Assembly (NCBI GenBank): GCA_036172245.1
Contig: JAYWIR010000022.1
Span: forward strand, 1,550,001-1,614,000
Direction of reading: 5' to 3'
Length of the DNA stretch: 64,000 nt
Source: Raillietiella orientalis
Taxonomy: Eukaryota
Shown here: positions 51,826-64,000 of the stretch, in pieces
Layout: every line of letters starts with the position of its first letter
How positions within the stretch are numbered: the first letter of the stretch is position 1
Translations under genes and position numbers: made by a program
Notes under the pieces: model-generated
What the model saw: only the letters and a program-made list of their open reading frames with translations
What the model was told of the DNA's origin: nothing
Databases searched by the model: none

Positions 51826-51879
51826 GTTTTCCTCCGCACCCATAAGATTATTTAGGACATTCTTCGCAAAACTGAACAT
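51543..51879 (-). CDS. Coding exon 1: MFSFAKNVLNNLMGAEEN-polyQ-...GPQRMPYGPSMIQRPGMSPIPMMRGP...MQMRNP(G)
   Basis: GCCGCCATG start context, CAG/CAA poly-Q, P/M/Q-rich protein-like translation, donor CAG|gtaacc; 337 nt, ends in phase 1. Confidence 0.8.
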
Positions 51880-52650
51880 GGCGGCTGCTGCAGCTTCTCA
51901 CGGTTGATCCTTCATGGCTTTCCTGATTGTCGCACGGCGTCGGGAGAGCCGTCGGTTCACTGGTCATGTGTTTCGGGGGGCAGTCACTGGGACAGCATGG
52001 ACCGGGGTCCCCCGACGGGGCCGGGATGAGGAAGGGGAGCGAAGAGGGGACGAGAGAGGGAAATGGGCGGGACGCGAGGTTTCGTCTGCGAAAGAGTCTC
52101 TGGCGGCGGCGAAGGTGCCTGTCCGAAATCACTCCAGAAAGAGACGCGGCGGAATCCAAGCATGCCGCAAGCAGGCAGGAAGCCGCCACCGTCCTGCCGC
52201 ACGGCACCTGCAACCCTGACGCGTGCGGCCTTCACTCTGCCGCAGCCGCAGCCGCTGTGCTTCGGGAGCGGCGTATTGGATTTCCGCGAGGTCAGCACCG
52301 TCGTCGTATCGGTCCGCTGCACCGCGCAGGGCGGGATCGAGACGCCCGCCGCCATTCTCCCGGCCGCGTGCCGCCGGACGGATCGATGAAATTGCGTGAC
52401 GCGTGACGGGAGCAGGGAAGAAGGAGGAGGACGGGGAGGGGAACTCACGCCGAGAAAGGGTGTCCCTCCCTCTCCCTTTCCTCCGCCTCCGCGTAGCATC
52501 GCTCCAAGGGATGCGGATGCTCCTCTGTGCAGCCCAACCCAGCCCGTGCGAGGAGGTCGCGAAATAGACGACGGAGAAGGCGCAGGAATAACGTGGCAGC
52601 GTAGCCAGCACCTCTGGCGAGATCACCGGGAAGGAGAAACCGTTTAGGAA
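51880..52650 (-). promoter_or_regulatory. GC/CpG-rich 5' UTR or promoter-proximal region of the large gene
   Basis: Dense CpG and GC runs immediately upstream of the initiator ATG; no specific promoter element identified. Confidence 0.3.
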
Positions 52651-54254
52651 TGGCAAAAGGGGGAGACAGAAGCTTAAGACTCCGCTGAAGGCTTGTTCGG
52701 AAGGCTTGTCCACCGAAAGCTCGGGCGGTAGGAGATCGTGCCAAGCCCACCCTCCAGAACCCTTCCCCATTCGCTCTCCCTTTTTCCCTACTGGAACCCC
52801 ATGCTACCCTCCTGCCGAATGAGGCAGGGTGTCGGGAAGGACTAGGGTGGTGCGTTCTCAGGTCGCTCGGACTTTAAGGGACGGGGTTTGTGTCCTCTGG
52901 CCCATCCAAAACGTTCGTCATCATCTCTTCACGGTGGTCTCATCACCTAGAAGAGCTGCACAGTGGATCGCCTTTCTCCCGGTCCACTCCGCAAGGTGGA
53001 GTCTGCACTCTCGTGAGCAGGACCAAGGTTGCCGCTGGTTGCGCTTCGCCAGTCTCCTCATGGAGGCGCCCCCTAAAATTTGCCTCCGGAGATGAACTCT
53101 CCTTCGCTGCAAACTTCCCCGGTCACAAAGGGGGAAAAAGAAAGAAAGAAATGTAATCCCGAATTCCGTTGCCACGCAAATGTCCCGAAGAAACGCGCGC
53201 GTACGCAGAAAGAGGAGAGAGAAAAAGACAAACCAAAAGTAGCAGCAGCAGAAGACGAAACGAGCGCCGTCGCAGAGTCATTCAGGGAGCGTCATCCGGA
53301 GATATCAGAAAAGCGAATAGGAGAGGGAAAACTGCAAAGAACTCCTTCCTCGGGGAACGGTGGTAGCAGCTGCGCCCTTCGGGAGCGTCTCATGAGGCGA
53401 GGAAGAGAGTCAGGCAAGGTTTGCGCTTCTATGAACCCTCTCCTGAGAGTCACCGCGCAGGAACCACCCCATAGATTCTGCTCCCATGCCAAGCTGCTGA
53501 GCTTCTGGAATCTTCTCTTTCTTCAGCTTCGTCTCCAGACAGCTTCCTTGAGATGCCGAAAAAACTCCTTGAGAACTCAGGTGGAGAGAAGTCCCCTTCC
53601 ATCTCTCGCGACGCATTTGCGGAACGGGTGCGGTCTCTATCTCTACTGGGGGAAAGTCCTCCTGATCCCCATATATGGAGGAGCACTCACTCGGAAGCGG
53701 AAACATTCCTTCCACAAACACAACTCCTTTCTCTCCTTTCCCGAAGTTCCATCCGTCGTCTTGGTCGTAGTGCGTGAGACCTCGCCCCCGACCAGAGAGA
53801 AACTGAAAAGGGAAAGGGACAAAGCGTGCAAAAAAAAACGGGAACGCAAAAGCCTTGGAAGATGATAATCCTCCCCCCCGTTCCCTTCCCATCCACCTGC
53901 TGCCGCTGCTCATGGGCTTCCCTTGGGAACATCTGTTCCCGGCAGGACGTTCTCTGAAACCGCTGCGCATTTCCATCCTCATGAAGTTGAGCGGCCAGCC
54001 TGCCTCGCACGCAAGCTGCTGTTGCAACTGCATTTGATCCTTCCAGCCCCTATGTCACCCGGATCGTTCCGTTCGTCATCTCAGATCTGGCACACCCCAC
54101 ACTTTGCGAGTTTTTCCGGTTCTCCAGAAGCGCATGACCATGTCCAACTGCCCTGAGGCTGGGCAGCGCAGGTCCACAGGTTCTCTTTTCGTAGGGAGCG
54201 TGTCGGCAAAAGTGGCTGCTCAGGAAAGAGATAGAGTACACAGGGAGTGCTAAC

Positions 54255-55160
54255 CTCCATGGAGATCGAAAGCACGGTCTTGGAAAGGACGAAAGAGTAC
54301 GACCGACTCTTCGTAGGTTTGCTTCAAGAAGCTTTCAAATTCGATGTCATCGCAGCAGCAAGCATCATTCTTTCTGGACCAGAAGAAGATCAGGAATCCG
54401 TCCGAAAGTTGGGAGTCCTAATCAGATAAGGCGAGATGAGTTCTTGAGCGATCAGATTTTATTTCCGAGAGATGCAGACCTGCAGCGGAGACGTGGCTTG
54501 CAAAGAACTCAGGATTCCTGGAGGGAGCTGGTAATGCTAAAAGAAAGAAGGTGCGCATGCTGAGGGAACGTGGTGATTCGAATTTGGTTCATCTCTGACC
54601 AGTATCTGAAGCATCCCTCAAGAAACATTTCCAGAAGCTCCCAAGAGTGTTCCGGCCCAAGGACGTTCTAAATAATAAATTCGACCTCTGCAACGCGTAC
54701 ATGACAGGATAGAGGTCTGTCCTTTGTAGAGGAGAACGGCCTCGGGAAAAGCATCCTTCGGAGGTCTACTGCAGGAAAATAAATCTCTTAGCATTTCTTC
54801 CAACAGGATAAGGCTTCCTAGGAATGACTGAGGCCGCAAACGAATGTTTGGAGTCCTTCTGGGAACTACAAGTAACGAATTCCGAGACGGCCTCACTCTG
54901 CAGTAGCGAACGGCCGCCCTTGAACCAGGAAAGCGGCTCAGAAATTCAGTTTCTTAGGAGCACCTGCCGAGTTCCACCCGCCCTGACTTCCCACTGCTAG
55001 AAGGAGGACTAGTCCTTAGGAGTCACCTGCAGAAACTTCTAGAAACCTGCCGATGCGCGAGATGGTGAAAAGCAAAGGAACAAACGGGTGGTAAGTTGAA
55101 GTACAGAGAACATGTAACAGCTCTGAGGCTGGTGAGAGCTCCAGCAGTCCTTCGAAATTG
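54255..55160 (-). pseudogene. Degenerate intronless USP (peptidase C19)-like frame
   Basis: Ordered motif remnants across frameshifts and stops: FEGLLEL/QSCYMFSVLQL, QSFLGSLILL, LYKGQTSILSCTRC, LPPGIL, WSRKNDA...EESVVLF. Confidence 0.35.
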
Positions 55161-56729
55161 GCTCTCCATACAGAGGCAGTGAGGCCAGTTGAGATTCGAC
55201 AGGTGGAGTGAGATCCAGCATCCATTTCTACATCTTCGGAGATGAGCTCCTCCCATCTTCCAGAACGACCCTCGTTATTAATCAAATCGAACATTCCACG
55301 GGATGCAGTCACTCGGAATATTCCTTCACCAATCATCCTGTATGAGCACTGACACCTCTGAACCAACGTAATTAGGAAATGAACGCATCAACGAAACATC
55401 CGATTTTCTAATTAGAACAGCCTCCGACTCACTTGTGAGAAAATTCGCGACCCATACGTCTGTTAACGGGGGTTCTGCATCTTTCCCAGCCCTCATCCAC
55501 AAATTGCATTTGTTCGATGGGGATGCTTTTGCTAACAGAAAATTAAAAAATCTTCCCAAAGATCCTTCCCCGATTCAAGGATCAAATGCTTCTTGTTTCA
55601 TTGATGTGCCTCATAAGATGATATAATTTTCTTGTTAATGAAATGATTGATCCCACATAACTTCTTATGCAAGCAGTTTCCTACTGCTTGCATAACAAGG
55701 GGCATCGAGTTGCCCAGCGTGAACACTATGAGTGCAGCTTGAAACCCTGGAAAGTTCTAACAGATTGAAGAACTTAACGCATCCATTAATCAGTACCGAC
55801 GCAGAATTTTTGCTATAAACGACTCCAGAGAGTCGTTCCAGTCGAAACGTCCAAATGATAAGCTGACAACTCCTAACAGGAATTTCCCCAAGTTTCGTGT
55901 GTCGTAAAGGCGCGAAGTTCCTACTCAGAAAAAGACTTACACTCGCAGACGCAGCCAAAAAAACTAACACGGCAAACTTTTCTATTGATTAGAATTTGGA
56001 CTGGTTGCAAATTATAAACGAAGTGATAGATGGCAAAGAGATCCAAGAGAAATAGAGTAAGATCGGAGCAAGTCATGGGGAAGAAATCATTGAGGAAACA
56101 CTTGGAGATGGAAAGCTTCTGAGCATAGAGTTCTTATTTTAAAACTCCAGCTGGGCTTGAATGGACCATGGGTTTCCACCTATGCGAGGTTTGCAGCTAG
56201 TTCTAGCACGGTGACCAGCAAACAAAAATGTACACGATAAACACAATAAAAAGAACTAGTAAGGAATTTTCGAAGATCATGTTGCACCTTTCAGTCAAGC
56301 ATCCTTTGATTTCCGAATCCAATTCCTCATACTCGTCCAACTCATATTCTGCCAACAATATTGGGACCCATATCATGAATAATAATCACCATTCTTCTGC
56401 AGATTGGTTCCAATCCCAATTCGTTCTCCTTCCACAGAGAACAATCTCGGGTTCCAATCTTAGGTCTCTACAATTCGTCCCGCACTCATCTTTCCCAACA
56501 GCAACTCATCATCCCTTACATTACCGACGATGACAGTGCCAATGAGCCAAAACGAAAAATAGCCCTATTTACTGTTGTGACCTGTTGAAGATTGATCTCA
56601 CAGCTGAGCTGATTCTTGGTTCCTGCTCTCTTACACACTGTTGCAAGTTGGGATATATTGCAAACACCCTGGTCGGTTGACCTCTTTCATTCAGAAGAGC
56701 GTAAGTCGATTCTAGATGTTTGTGAACTT

Positions 56730-57091
56730 CTACCATAAGAAAACTATTGGTCTCATTGCTCTCTCATTGGAGTACACACTGTGCACTTGACCTTCCCGTA
56801 GTATGCCCATCTCTGCCCCATGTGAACTGCTTACCAGTTTACAGGCCTTGTATATGCCGCACGCACCACACGCAATCATTCCACTCTATTCCGAGTTACT
56901 AACAGTGTGCTCTTCTGTCCTAGTGAATTATTCCACGTTTGCTTCATGACTTCAAGTCACATAGTAGGATTTTATACAACCTGAAGATGAAGCTCGTCTA
57001 GCTTAGTCTACTTGGAACTCAAAGTTGCCATCAAGCGTCTGGAAGCATCGAATTCTGCATGGAATGTACAGTTGGGGCGATTATTAATAAC
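56730..57091 (-). mobile_element. Decayed BEL/Pao LTR-retrotransposon integrase C-terminal tail (DUF5641-like)
   Basis: VINNRP, then with one frameshift GRD-GILREGQV...RPIVFL, matching the BEL/Pao pattern LNSRP...GxDGxVRxxxV...RPIxKL; interrupted by stops. Confidence 0.55.
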
Positions 57092-57469
57092 TTATAGACA
57101 GATATGTCCATTCTCAGATCGAGGATTACCATTCTTAATGTTTGTTGCCTCTTACTGATTGCTTAAGTTTTTGATTTCCTGATTCCCTAATCATTAGCAC
57201 AAACTAACGATTAGAAAATGGAAAAATCTGGTTGCACTGTAAAACAACCGGTTTCTCTAAATCCTATTAAATCATATGTATGGATAGCAAGGCATAAAAT
57301 TTCCTGTGATGGCCGTTTTCAATGTCATGCTATTAAGGATTTGGAATGCCTGGATACAACATGAAAGAGAAGAGAAGCTTTCGAACAAGCTTATGAATTC
57401 ATTATACCCCAAATTTACAAAACCTTTTAAATGAACAGGGTTCTTCCACAAAAATATCCGTGTGTAGCA

Positions 57470-58400
57470 AAAAAAATTGATCCCAAGAAAATATTTTGTT
57501 GGATGCAACGATCTCTGTTAGACATTCTTCTACGATCTTTCGAAGGAGTTTGTTTGATGATGTTTCCCAAGCCGACAAGAGGTGAGGTAGACATTTTTAT
57601 CTCAAACTCACATCAGAACAAAATATGGAGCTGCCGATAACACACTCATTATTCCTATTTTTAACACTAGTTGTATTTATGTTTTTCCACACTGCACTAA
57701 GTGAGATAACCACAAGGTGTTCAGGCTATTTTCTGAACTTCACAGAACCATGCTGGAATCTTCACGCAACTACGGATATCTGTCTCATGTCTCAACAGTC
57801 CTAAATAGGAAGCCAATGACTGCTACAAACAGTTCTTACTTCATTTTTGATGTGGTGATCATTACTCTTTCGATGAAAAAGGCAATTGTCGCTGTCATCA
57901 TTCGGTTGCATGTGGAGGCGTTCCCTTCACCCTTCTTTTTCCTTCTCATGAAGCTCCCAGCACTTCTGCCGAGGTCTTTTTTCTGAAAATTCAAGACGAC
58001 TTCGAGTGTTTCCTAATCATCTTCCATGATGTGACCGGTGACAACGGGGAACATGGTTTCACTGTCTCCACATGCCTTGAAAAATGCAACCTTACGCTGC
58101 CGGTCCAGTGACTCAGAGTAATGCCGCCTCACAGGAGAGAGCTATGATAAAACATAAGCAGGTCAACCTACACCTAAGGAGGCAAGTTCGACTTTCACAG
58201 CGTTATTCCAGCTGCTGGGAGGTTTTGACCATTGTTGACTTTTAAGATGACCTGCTGGATGTCTTTGTTTCCGATAAGGACCCAGTCGATGCTGCTGTCT
58301 CTCCTCATTGCAATGTGCGTGCGTGCTGTAGCCTTCCAGTTGAACCCCATGGCTATTGCACCTAGTGAGAACCACTCTTACTCCTGGATGATGAAAGTGT
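57470..58400 (-). mobile_element. Decayed non-LTR (LINE) retrotransposon ORF2 fragment
   Basis: SSIDWVLIG (58270-58296, APE-endonuclease-like SxIDxIL) upstream of NKLLRKIVEECLTEIVASNKIFSWDQF (RT N-terminal KLLEKI...QFGF pattern), in the expected order, truncated afterwards. Confidence 0.55.
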
Positions 58401-59699
58401 GTTTCCTTTCCATCTATGCCACCGGAGATACAGATTCCTTTCCATCGGAGGAGGAAACAGGGAAGCATTTTGAAAAGCTCCTTCCTTCAGAGCTGTTCGA
58501 TCTGGAACCACTCTGAGGCTAGTCTCGAGGACCAGTTGTCGCTTTGTTCTCTAAATGGGATAGATCTTGTCCCACCATTCCTCGCTGCTTGCAAGCGCTG
58601 ACGTGAGTCCACATGAGCCAGTAGCTTAATTGGACTAGATCCCGAGAAAAGTAATGGCCACTCGTCAATGCAAGGATCTTGAGAAGCAGGACTGCACTCC
58701 ATTATTTGGCCCTTTCTTTGTGGGAGAAGTAGGACATTATCCCCCACATGTGTTAAAATGTCTTTCCATTTGGTTTGACTGTGACGACGCATAGCCAATG
58801 TAAATATGCAAATAATTAATATCATTCATCATACGGAATCCCCTCTCGGTTGAGGTAGCGACCTCGAGGACTCCTATGGCCGAACGTTTCAACTTAGAGA
58901 CATTGATTTTTAGGTCCAATGCTGCAATGTGTACTCTGCAACCTTCAAGAACGCCGTTTGGTCAGTTCCGTTCCACAGGAAGATGAATTAATCCCTGGCG
59001 TATGCTAAGAGAGTAATCGGTTGCTCTCTAATTCACCTTCATCTGAGCCAGCTGCCTTTATTGATTAGACTTGATGTTGTTTCCATATACAGAAGAAAAA
59101 CCATTGGACTTAGCGCAATCCCTTAGAGAACGTCCCATTTTATCCTAACTGCTCTCATCTCTTGCATATTTATAGAGATCTTGAAGTTCGCCTCTTCCAG
59201 TAATGTCTTGAGATATCTATAGAAGCAGCCTGGGAAGTCCAGCTTTTTGAGGATATTGAGGAGCAGGTGAACCTTGTGCATGTGATGGTTTACAGTTGCG
59301 GTCACATCGGAAAATATGGATGATGGGAAGAAGGCAGAGTATCCGGACAAGACCAGGCGAAATGCGCGTTTGAGGATGAAGAGCCAAAACTTTCGTTCAA
59401 TGATTCCGCATTCAGTGCACGCATATGAGAAAGAAAATCCCCTCCGACCCGTGCACGATTCAACGCAAGGCAGCAAGGACATCCTTCATCGCAAAATACG
59501 AGGGAAGACCATGCCCTGCATTGGACACTCCGCTCTTCGGGGAATTTCCTTGCATTCAGTACGGGGAACATGTTCGGTTCGCTGATCATTGTAGATGGTT
59601 ACAAACATGGCACGACTCGACCTCTGGCCTGTGTGTGCATCGCCCATCAGTGACGGCGCTGATCTCCTGTGAGTTACATGAGGAGGACGAAGACAGTCG

Positions 59700-60230
59700 C
59701 TACGACAGACACTTCCTCAAGCCACAAGGTACGACCATGGCGAGGTACGACGCCTCGTAGCATTCGGAACGGGTGAACCCCACAGACCATCTGCTCCCAG
59801 AACGGACATAAAGCTGAAGCATAAGGCCTCGTGCACCAAGGAGGAGAGAAAGCACTCGGATTTTCGACTCGGTCTGTGCCCCTAGGAATGCTGATACCCG
59901 GCAATGGCGTTGGAATAGGCACGACCGAAGAAGGAATAGATGCAGAGGAATCTCTCCGCACTTCGCCTCCAAAGGATTGCCTGCAATACATCAAAGTGCA
60001 ATCTCTGGAATCTCGGGATCCAGCAAATGATAGTAGTTGTGGAACGTGAAGATTCCCAAGAAGCAGGCGGAACACGTCAGAAATGAAATCGTGTGCTCGA
60101 ACGTACAACATTTCCGAGTGGTGTGTTGGGAACATCGGATGGGTAACCGCCAAGCATGAAAGAACTTTCAAGGATCACGTCATGAGGGCAAGTTGAAGCG
60201 AACGGACGGCAAAGACGGTGAGAACCCCCG
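59700..60230 (-). mobile_element. Diverged repeat copy B (related to ~20.2-20.3 kb)
   Basis: GCATGAAAGAACTTTCAAG...TCATGAGGGCAAGTT with flanking similarity; boundaries uncertain. Confidence 0.3.
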
Positions 60231-63200
60231 TGGAAAAATGAAAAAATAAATTTGAACTTGCATCCAGCTGTTGCAAAATCTTCCGCACTGAAATTGAGAC
60301 AATGATTCCTGGATTACAAATTGAATAAAGGGCTAAAATTCTTGAAATGACATAATATTCCTATCAAAATTTAAAACAGAAAGCAAAGAATAAGAAAACA
60401 AATTCGCCGAAGCTAAAAGCATTCCAACAAACTAAGGACTGGCTAGTTCTGCACTCTCATGGAGTACATCATTACTATGGTATTTGAGCTCAATGATGTA
60501 TGATCATTGTGGAGATGCGAAAATGATGATACCTACCCAGAAGCAACAGAAAATGACGAATGGCCATTGGAAGCACAGTTACTCCAAGAAAGTCGACAGT
60601 TTACAGCGCATTGCAACAACTTTCAATTTATGAAAGTCGATTCTGAGGAATTTTTGGTTTGCGTTGTTGGTTTCCTGTGTGAAAGCTGGCTGGAGCAGAT
60701 GGAAAGGTAATACTAACCTAACGATGTCTTCATTGGGATAAAGAATGATGAGTTTAAGGAGAAAAATGTGTTGGAAGCTCAGTTTTGATGACAGAAGTAT
60801 CCTCACAGCTTCTCAATGGATGATTTTAATTTCTTTACGATTAAAAATGAGAGAACACTGGAAAATGAGAAATTGCATGAAGTGGTCTACACTGAGGTTT
60901 TTTATGGATGCTGATCATGATAAGTGGTTATCTATGTTCAAGATGAATGTTTTCTGTAAACATCTAATTTCATATATTCGTTTTCATTCCTTTGCTTATG
61001 GAGTAAAATTACTGATAGTATTTGTCTTTAAATAAAAAATGTGAAATGTAATAAAAAGAGTGCGCACGTAGTTTTTTCAGCTCTTTATTAATCAAGATGG
61101 GACAGATAAATACGAAATCTTCAATTGGACACAAAGTTAAATTCACAGATGTTCACTGTCTAATAATAATAATAACAGTTGGATGTTTTGCAACTGGATT
61201 TTACAAGTGGTGTAAATCGTCATGAACGTTTTTAGGCAATCTAGAACTGGAAACTATCCCGAATTGATAGATCTAACCACAAGTGTATTTCAATTATATT
61301 TTCATTTCTTAAACCGGAGACATTAAGTTCCTGGCTGAGAGTTCATTTTAAGCCTCCGAAGAAAGTCGAGCATTTCTCAAGAAAAACGTTCCTGCGGCCC
61401 CTCATAGCTAAACGAAACACCAAACGCAAAGCATTGCTGGTTTATTCTACTGACGTATGTCACAAGCTGGAAAAACACTTCTGTTATAACTGATCCTCCA
61501 AATTATCCATGATCCATGGATTATTGCAACAGTGGCAGTGGGTCCATCTCCACAGGGCGAACTGCTAACATAGGTTGCCAAGTTGACATCTGTTATACTG
61601 GACCAAAAGTGTTCCTGAAACGTTCCAACTGTTCTTCCAACTGTTCAAAGTCAAAAATATGTTTCGGATCTTCTCCTGATTTCCGGTTAGGTGTTTAAAG
61701 AAGCAGCTTCCAAAAATTGCGCCTTGTTGCGATGAATTACTGTCAAACAGATCTCTAATCATAATAGTATTTGTCGTGCACGTGAAATGCAAAACGATAC
61801 CCCCTCCCCATAAGTAATGGAATTCCTTCAATTGAAACGACCACAAGGGGAAAGTGGAAACAGAAACCAAAAACTTTTTCCAAACATGAAAGTCATTCTA
61901 AAACTGCTGCAGGGTTTTCACAGGTTTCCAAAGGTCCTCTACTAGCCGAATGCAACATTACATGACATTTTGGGGGAACTATCTGCCCCACTGCCACAGC
62001 ACCCATGAAAGCGCTTTGCAAAATAATCGTCATTGACGATTACGGAGAATCCACTCGAACATTCGTCAACTCTTCGGGCAGCACGAAGTGCCTCACGTTG
62101 CAGCATACCCATAGTCTTCCACTAGAACGAGGTAGCTGTTTTTTTTTTTTAATTCGACCAAACGAACGAACCTATTATGAGAAAAATAGTCCCAATTTTT
62201 CTGAAACGAATATCTATGACAACTCGGAATTATTCCTGTTAATCGACTTGACTTCTTTTATTCAAGTAAACCTGCGATCCAGGACTTCTCCAAAAGTTGA
62301 GAGACCGCACACATGCGGGCACAGCATAGTAATATCTCGATTACGCATACACAGCATGAGAGAAACGGGAAATGAGCGTTGAAGAATTTCTCAATTCCTA
62401 AACTGTGCTGCTTTTTTTTTTTTTTTTTTCAAAAGGAAAAAAATTCGAACACTTCATTGGCAGCAAACACTGAGCGCTTCCACGAGGAAAGTGCCTGCAG
62501 CTCTGAGCCGTGTTGCTGCTCGGAATGCGAGCGTGTGACGGCGCCATTGCCAACATTAGGAGGTAGCAGCTCTTGTGTACACAAATGGGGTGCCCACTGA
62601 AAAAGCCTGCGTATTATTAATATTCTGTTTGAACGTAGAAAATGGAGATCGTAATCCTTTTCTGAGGATCCATCAGTCTGTAGATCGAGGAATGCTTAAT
62701 AAACATCAAAAATTGATACTGTTTTTCCTTCTTGTGAACTGATTTTGCCTGATTTGTCTTATGAGCCTCACTCGAAAATCCAGGATGCAAAAAGAGAAAC
62801 TAAGCAGCAAACGTTAACATGACTAAAATTTCGTACAGCCTTATTGGAGTTGAATTTCATGGCTCATCGTTAATTCCCCCGCATTCCATTTCGTTTTTCT
62901 TGTCTTTGGTTATCTCTTATTCTTCGTAATGGTTCTTCCAGCAATATTGTTACGGAAGAAAAGCTCACCTACCTTGGAACACCTCTACGAGTAGCGTGAT
63001 GATTGAACTTGGTGAAGAAAACTCGAGACCTGCTGTGTAGTGTGAAGTGATGCAGCCATATCCGATGTAGTCAAATTTTCTTGCATGCGATGTGCTGGGT
63101 GTAACAGACCAAAAACACGGATGGAATTCATTTCGAATGACTCACGTAGCAAAACAACAAGGGTGTGAAGAATCTGTACCATCGCATCCAAACAACGAAT

Positions 63201-64000
63201 TCAGTACAGGCAACATACGCAGAACCTGAGTTGAATAGGTTTCTAATAGGCCAGATACAAACATTCGTTCTATTCGATGAAACAAGAACTAAACAGAGTT
63301 GTATCTCCCTCTGATCATGAAGAATCATGGAGAATGATCCGTTAAATGAACGCCTTAATCATAAGCTACTATAACACTAGATAAAGAGCAGCTGTCTATA
63401 AAACCTAGAACTCCAAAGAATGAAACTGAAACTAAGCATAATCCATGGGAAATAAAACAAAATGGTAAAGGAAAGAGTAAAGTGATAACACCAGCATGAA
63501 TGAATGTTTATGTCAGTGATGAAAACAGCTTATTGAGTATTTGGTTACAAAGCAAGACTACAGGGCAACTGGTGCAGAGAATGTCTATTTTTGTAATCAA
63601 TGTCAAAGTCAAATGAAAAAAAAAAAAGAGAGAACTTCCAAGTCAAGAATAGTCACCAAACGATGCAGTGGAAAAGATTGGTGGTTCATTCGACCACGAC
63701 TACACCCTATCATCACTAAGATCCTGATTCTTGATTTCATCAACACGCTTTGTCCAGAAAACACTTCTGTGCAAAGATGAATTTGTTTTCTGCTGGAGTT
63801 CTACAACCTTTCGTGAATAAAAACTACAGTGAACACACCTTTTAACCACTTTTTTCTCTACGCTGCCGTTGAAACTCAAGGAGTTTCCTGGATTCTTTTG
63901 TTTTCAAGCAAATGAACTATTTTTTTGGTAACCAAATCGTTGCAGTATCTTAATCTACTTAAAATAAATTGGAACTCTGAATATGAACATCAAACGAAAT

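Larger units (their letters stand above)
1..51879 (-). other. Large multi-exon gene, putative Piccolo/RIM/Clarinet-like presynaptic active-zone scaffold (5' portion; 3' end probably outside the window)
   Basis: Chain of phase-compatible minus-strand exons with low-complexity P/Q/S-rich translation. The exon at 39203-39338 encodes EVDLSQFSEEERNIIQTVMAKAQ, resembling the DLSxLSEEERxxIxxVMxxA helix of Piccolo, RIM/UNC-10 and CLA-1L. No PDZ/C2/Zn-finger was seen, so the family call is inferred and the lower boundary is unknown. Confidence 0.6.

Noticed and set aside
62973..63225. Two possible minus-strand exons with strong donors (TAC|gtgagt, AAG|gtaggt)
   Set aside because: No recognisable product and an ambiguous frame; cannot be supported without transcript data
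133..63780. Most ORFs in the six-frame track, including long ones such as 11292-12194, 13706-14473, 18979-19839 and 53080-53865
   Set aside because: They show no recognisable domains, have R/S/G/P-rich translations typical of GC-rich non-coding or antisense frames, and many start at GTG/TTG. The real coding parts are spliced sub-segments.

Overview
This is eukaryotic (metazoan, possibly nematode; inferred) genomic DNA with no prokaryotic operon structure, and almost all of the short six-frame ORFs are noise. Most of the window (~1-51.9 kb) holds the 5' part of one large, intron-rich minus-strand gene. It starts at a GCCGCC-ATG at 51879 and reads MFSFAKNVLNNLMG-polyQ-P/M/Q-rich sequence. It then carries a 'DLSQFSEEERNIIQTVMAKAQ' helix of the kind found at the N-termini of Piccolo/RIM/Clarinet active-zone scaffolds. 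I could chain phase-compatible exons from 51879 to 19134 (one junction needs a GC-AG intron, one link at 34 kb is tentative) and again at 12.1-10.5 kb; the gene probably continues past position 1. The upstream flank (54-64 kb) is visibly more AT-rich and contains decayed elements: a BEL/Pao integrase-tail remnant, a LINE remnant, a degenerate intronless USP-like (peptidase C19) frame, and one of two related possible transposase remnants. Notable non-coding structure includes a 432-bp fold-back, two spacer-less 44-46 bp palindromes, a 132-bp direct repeat with CpG-type decay, and G/C homopolymer tracts. I see no convincing novel multi-gene system; the best leads are listed as findings. All protein-family calls are by-eye motif recognition, not database results.
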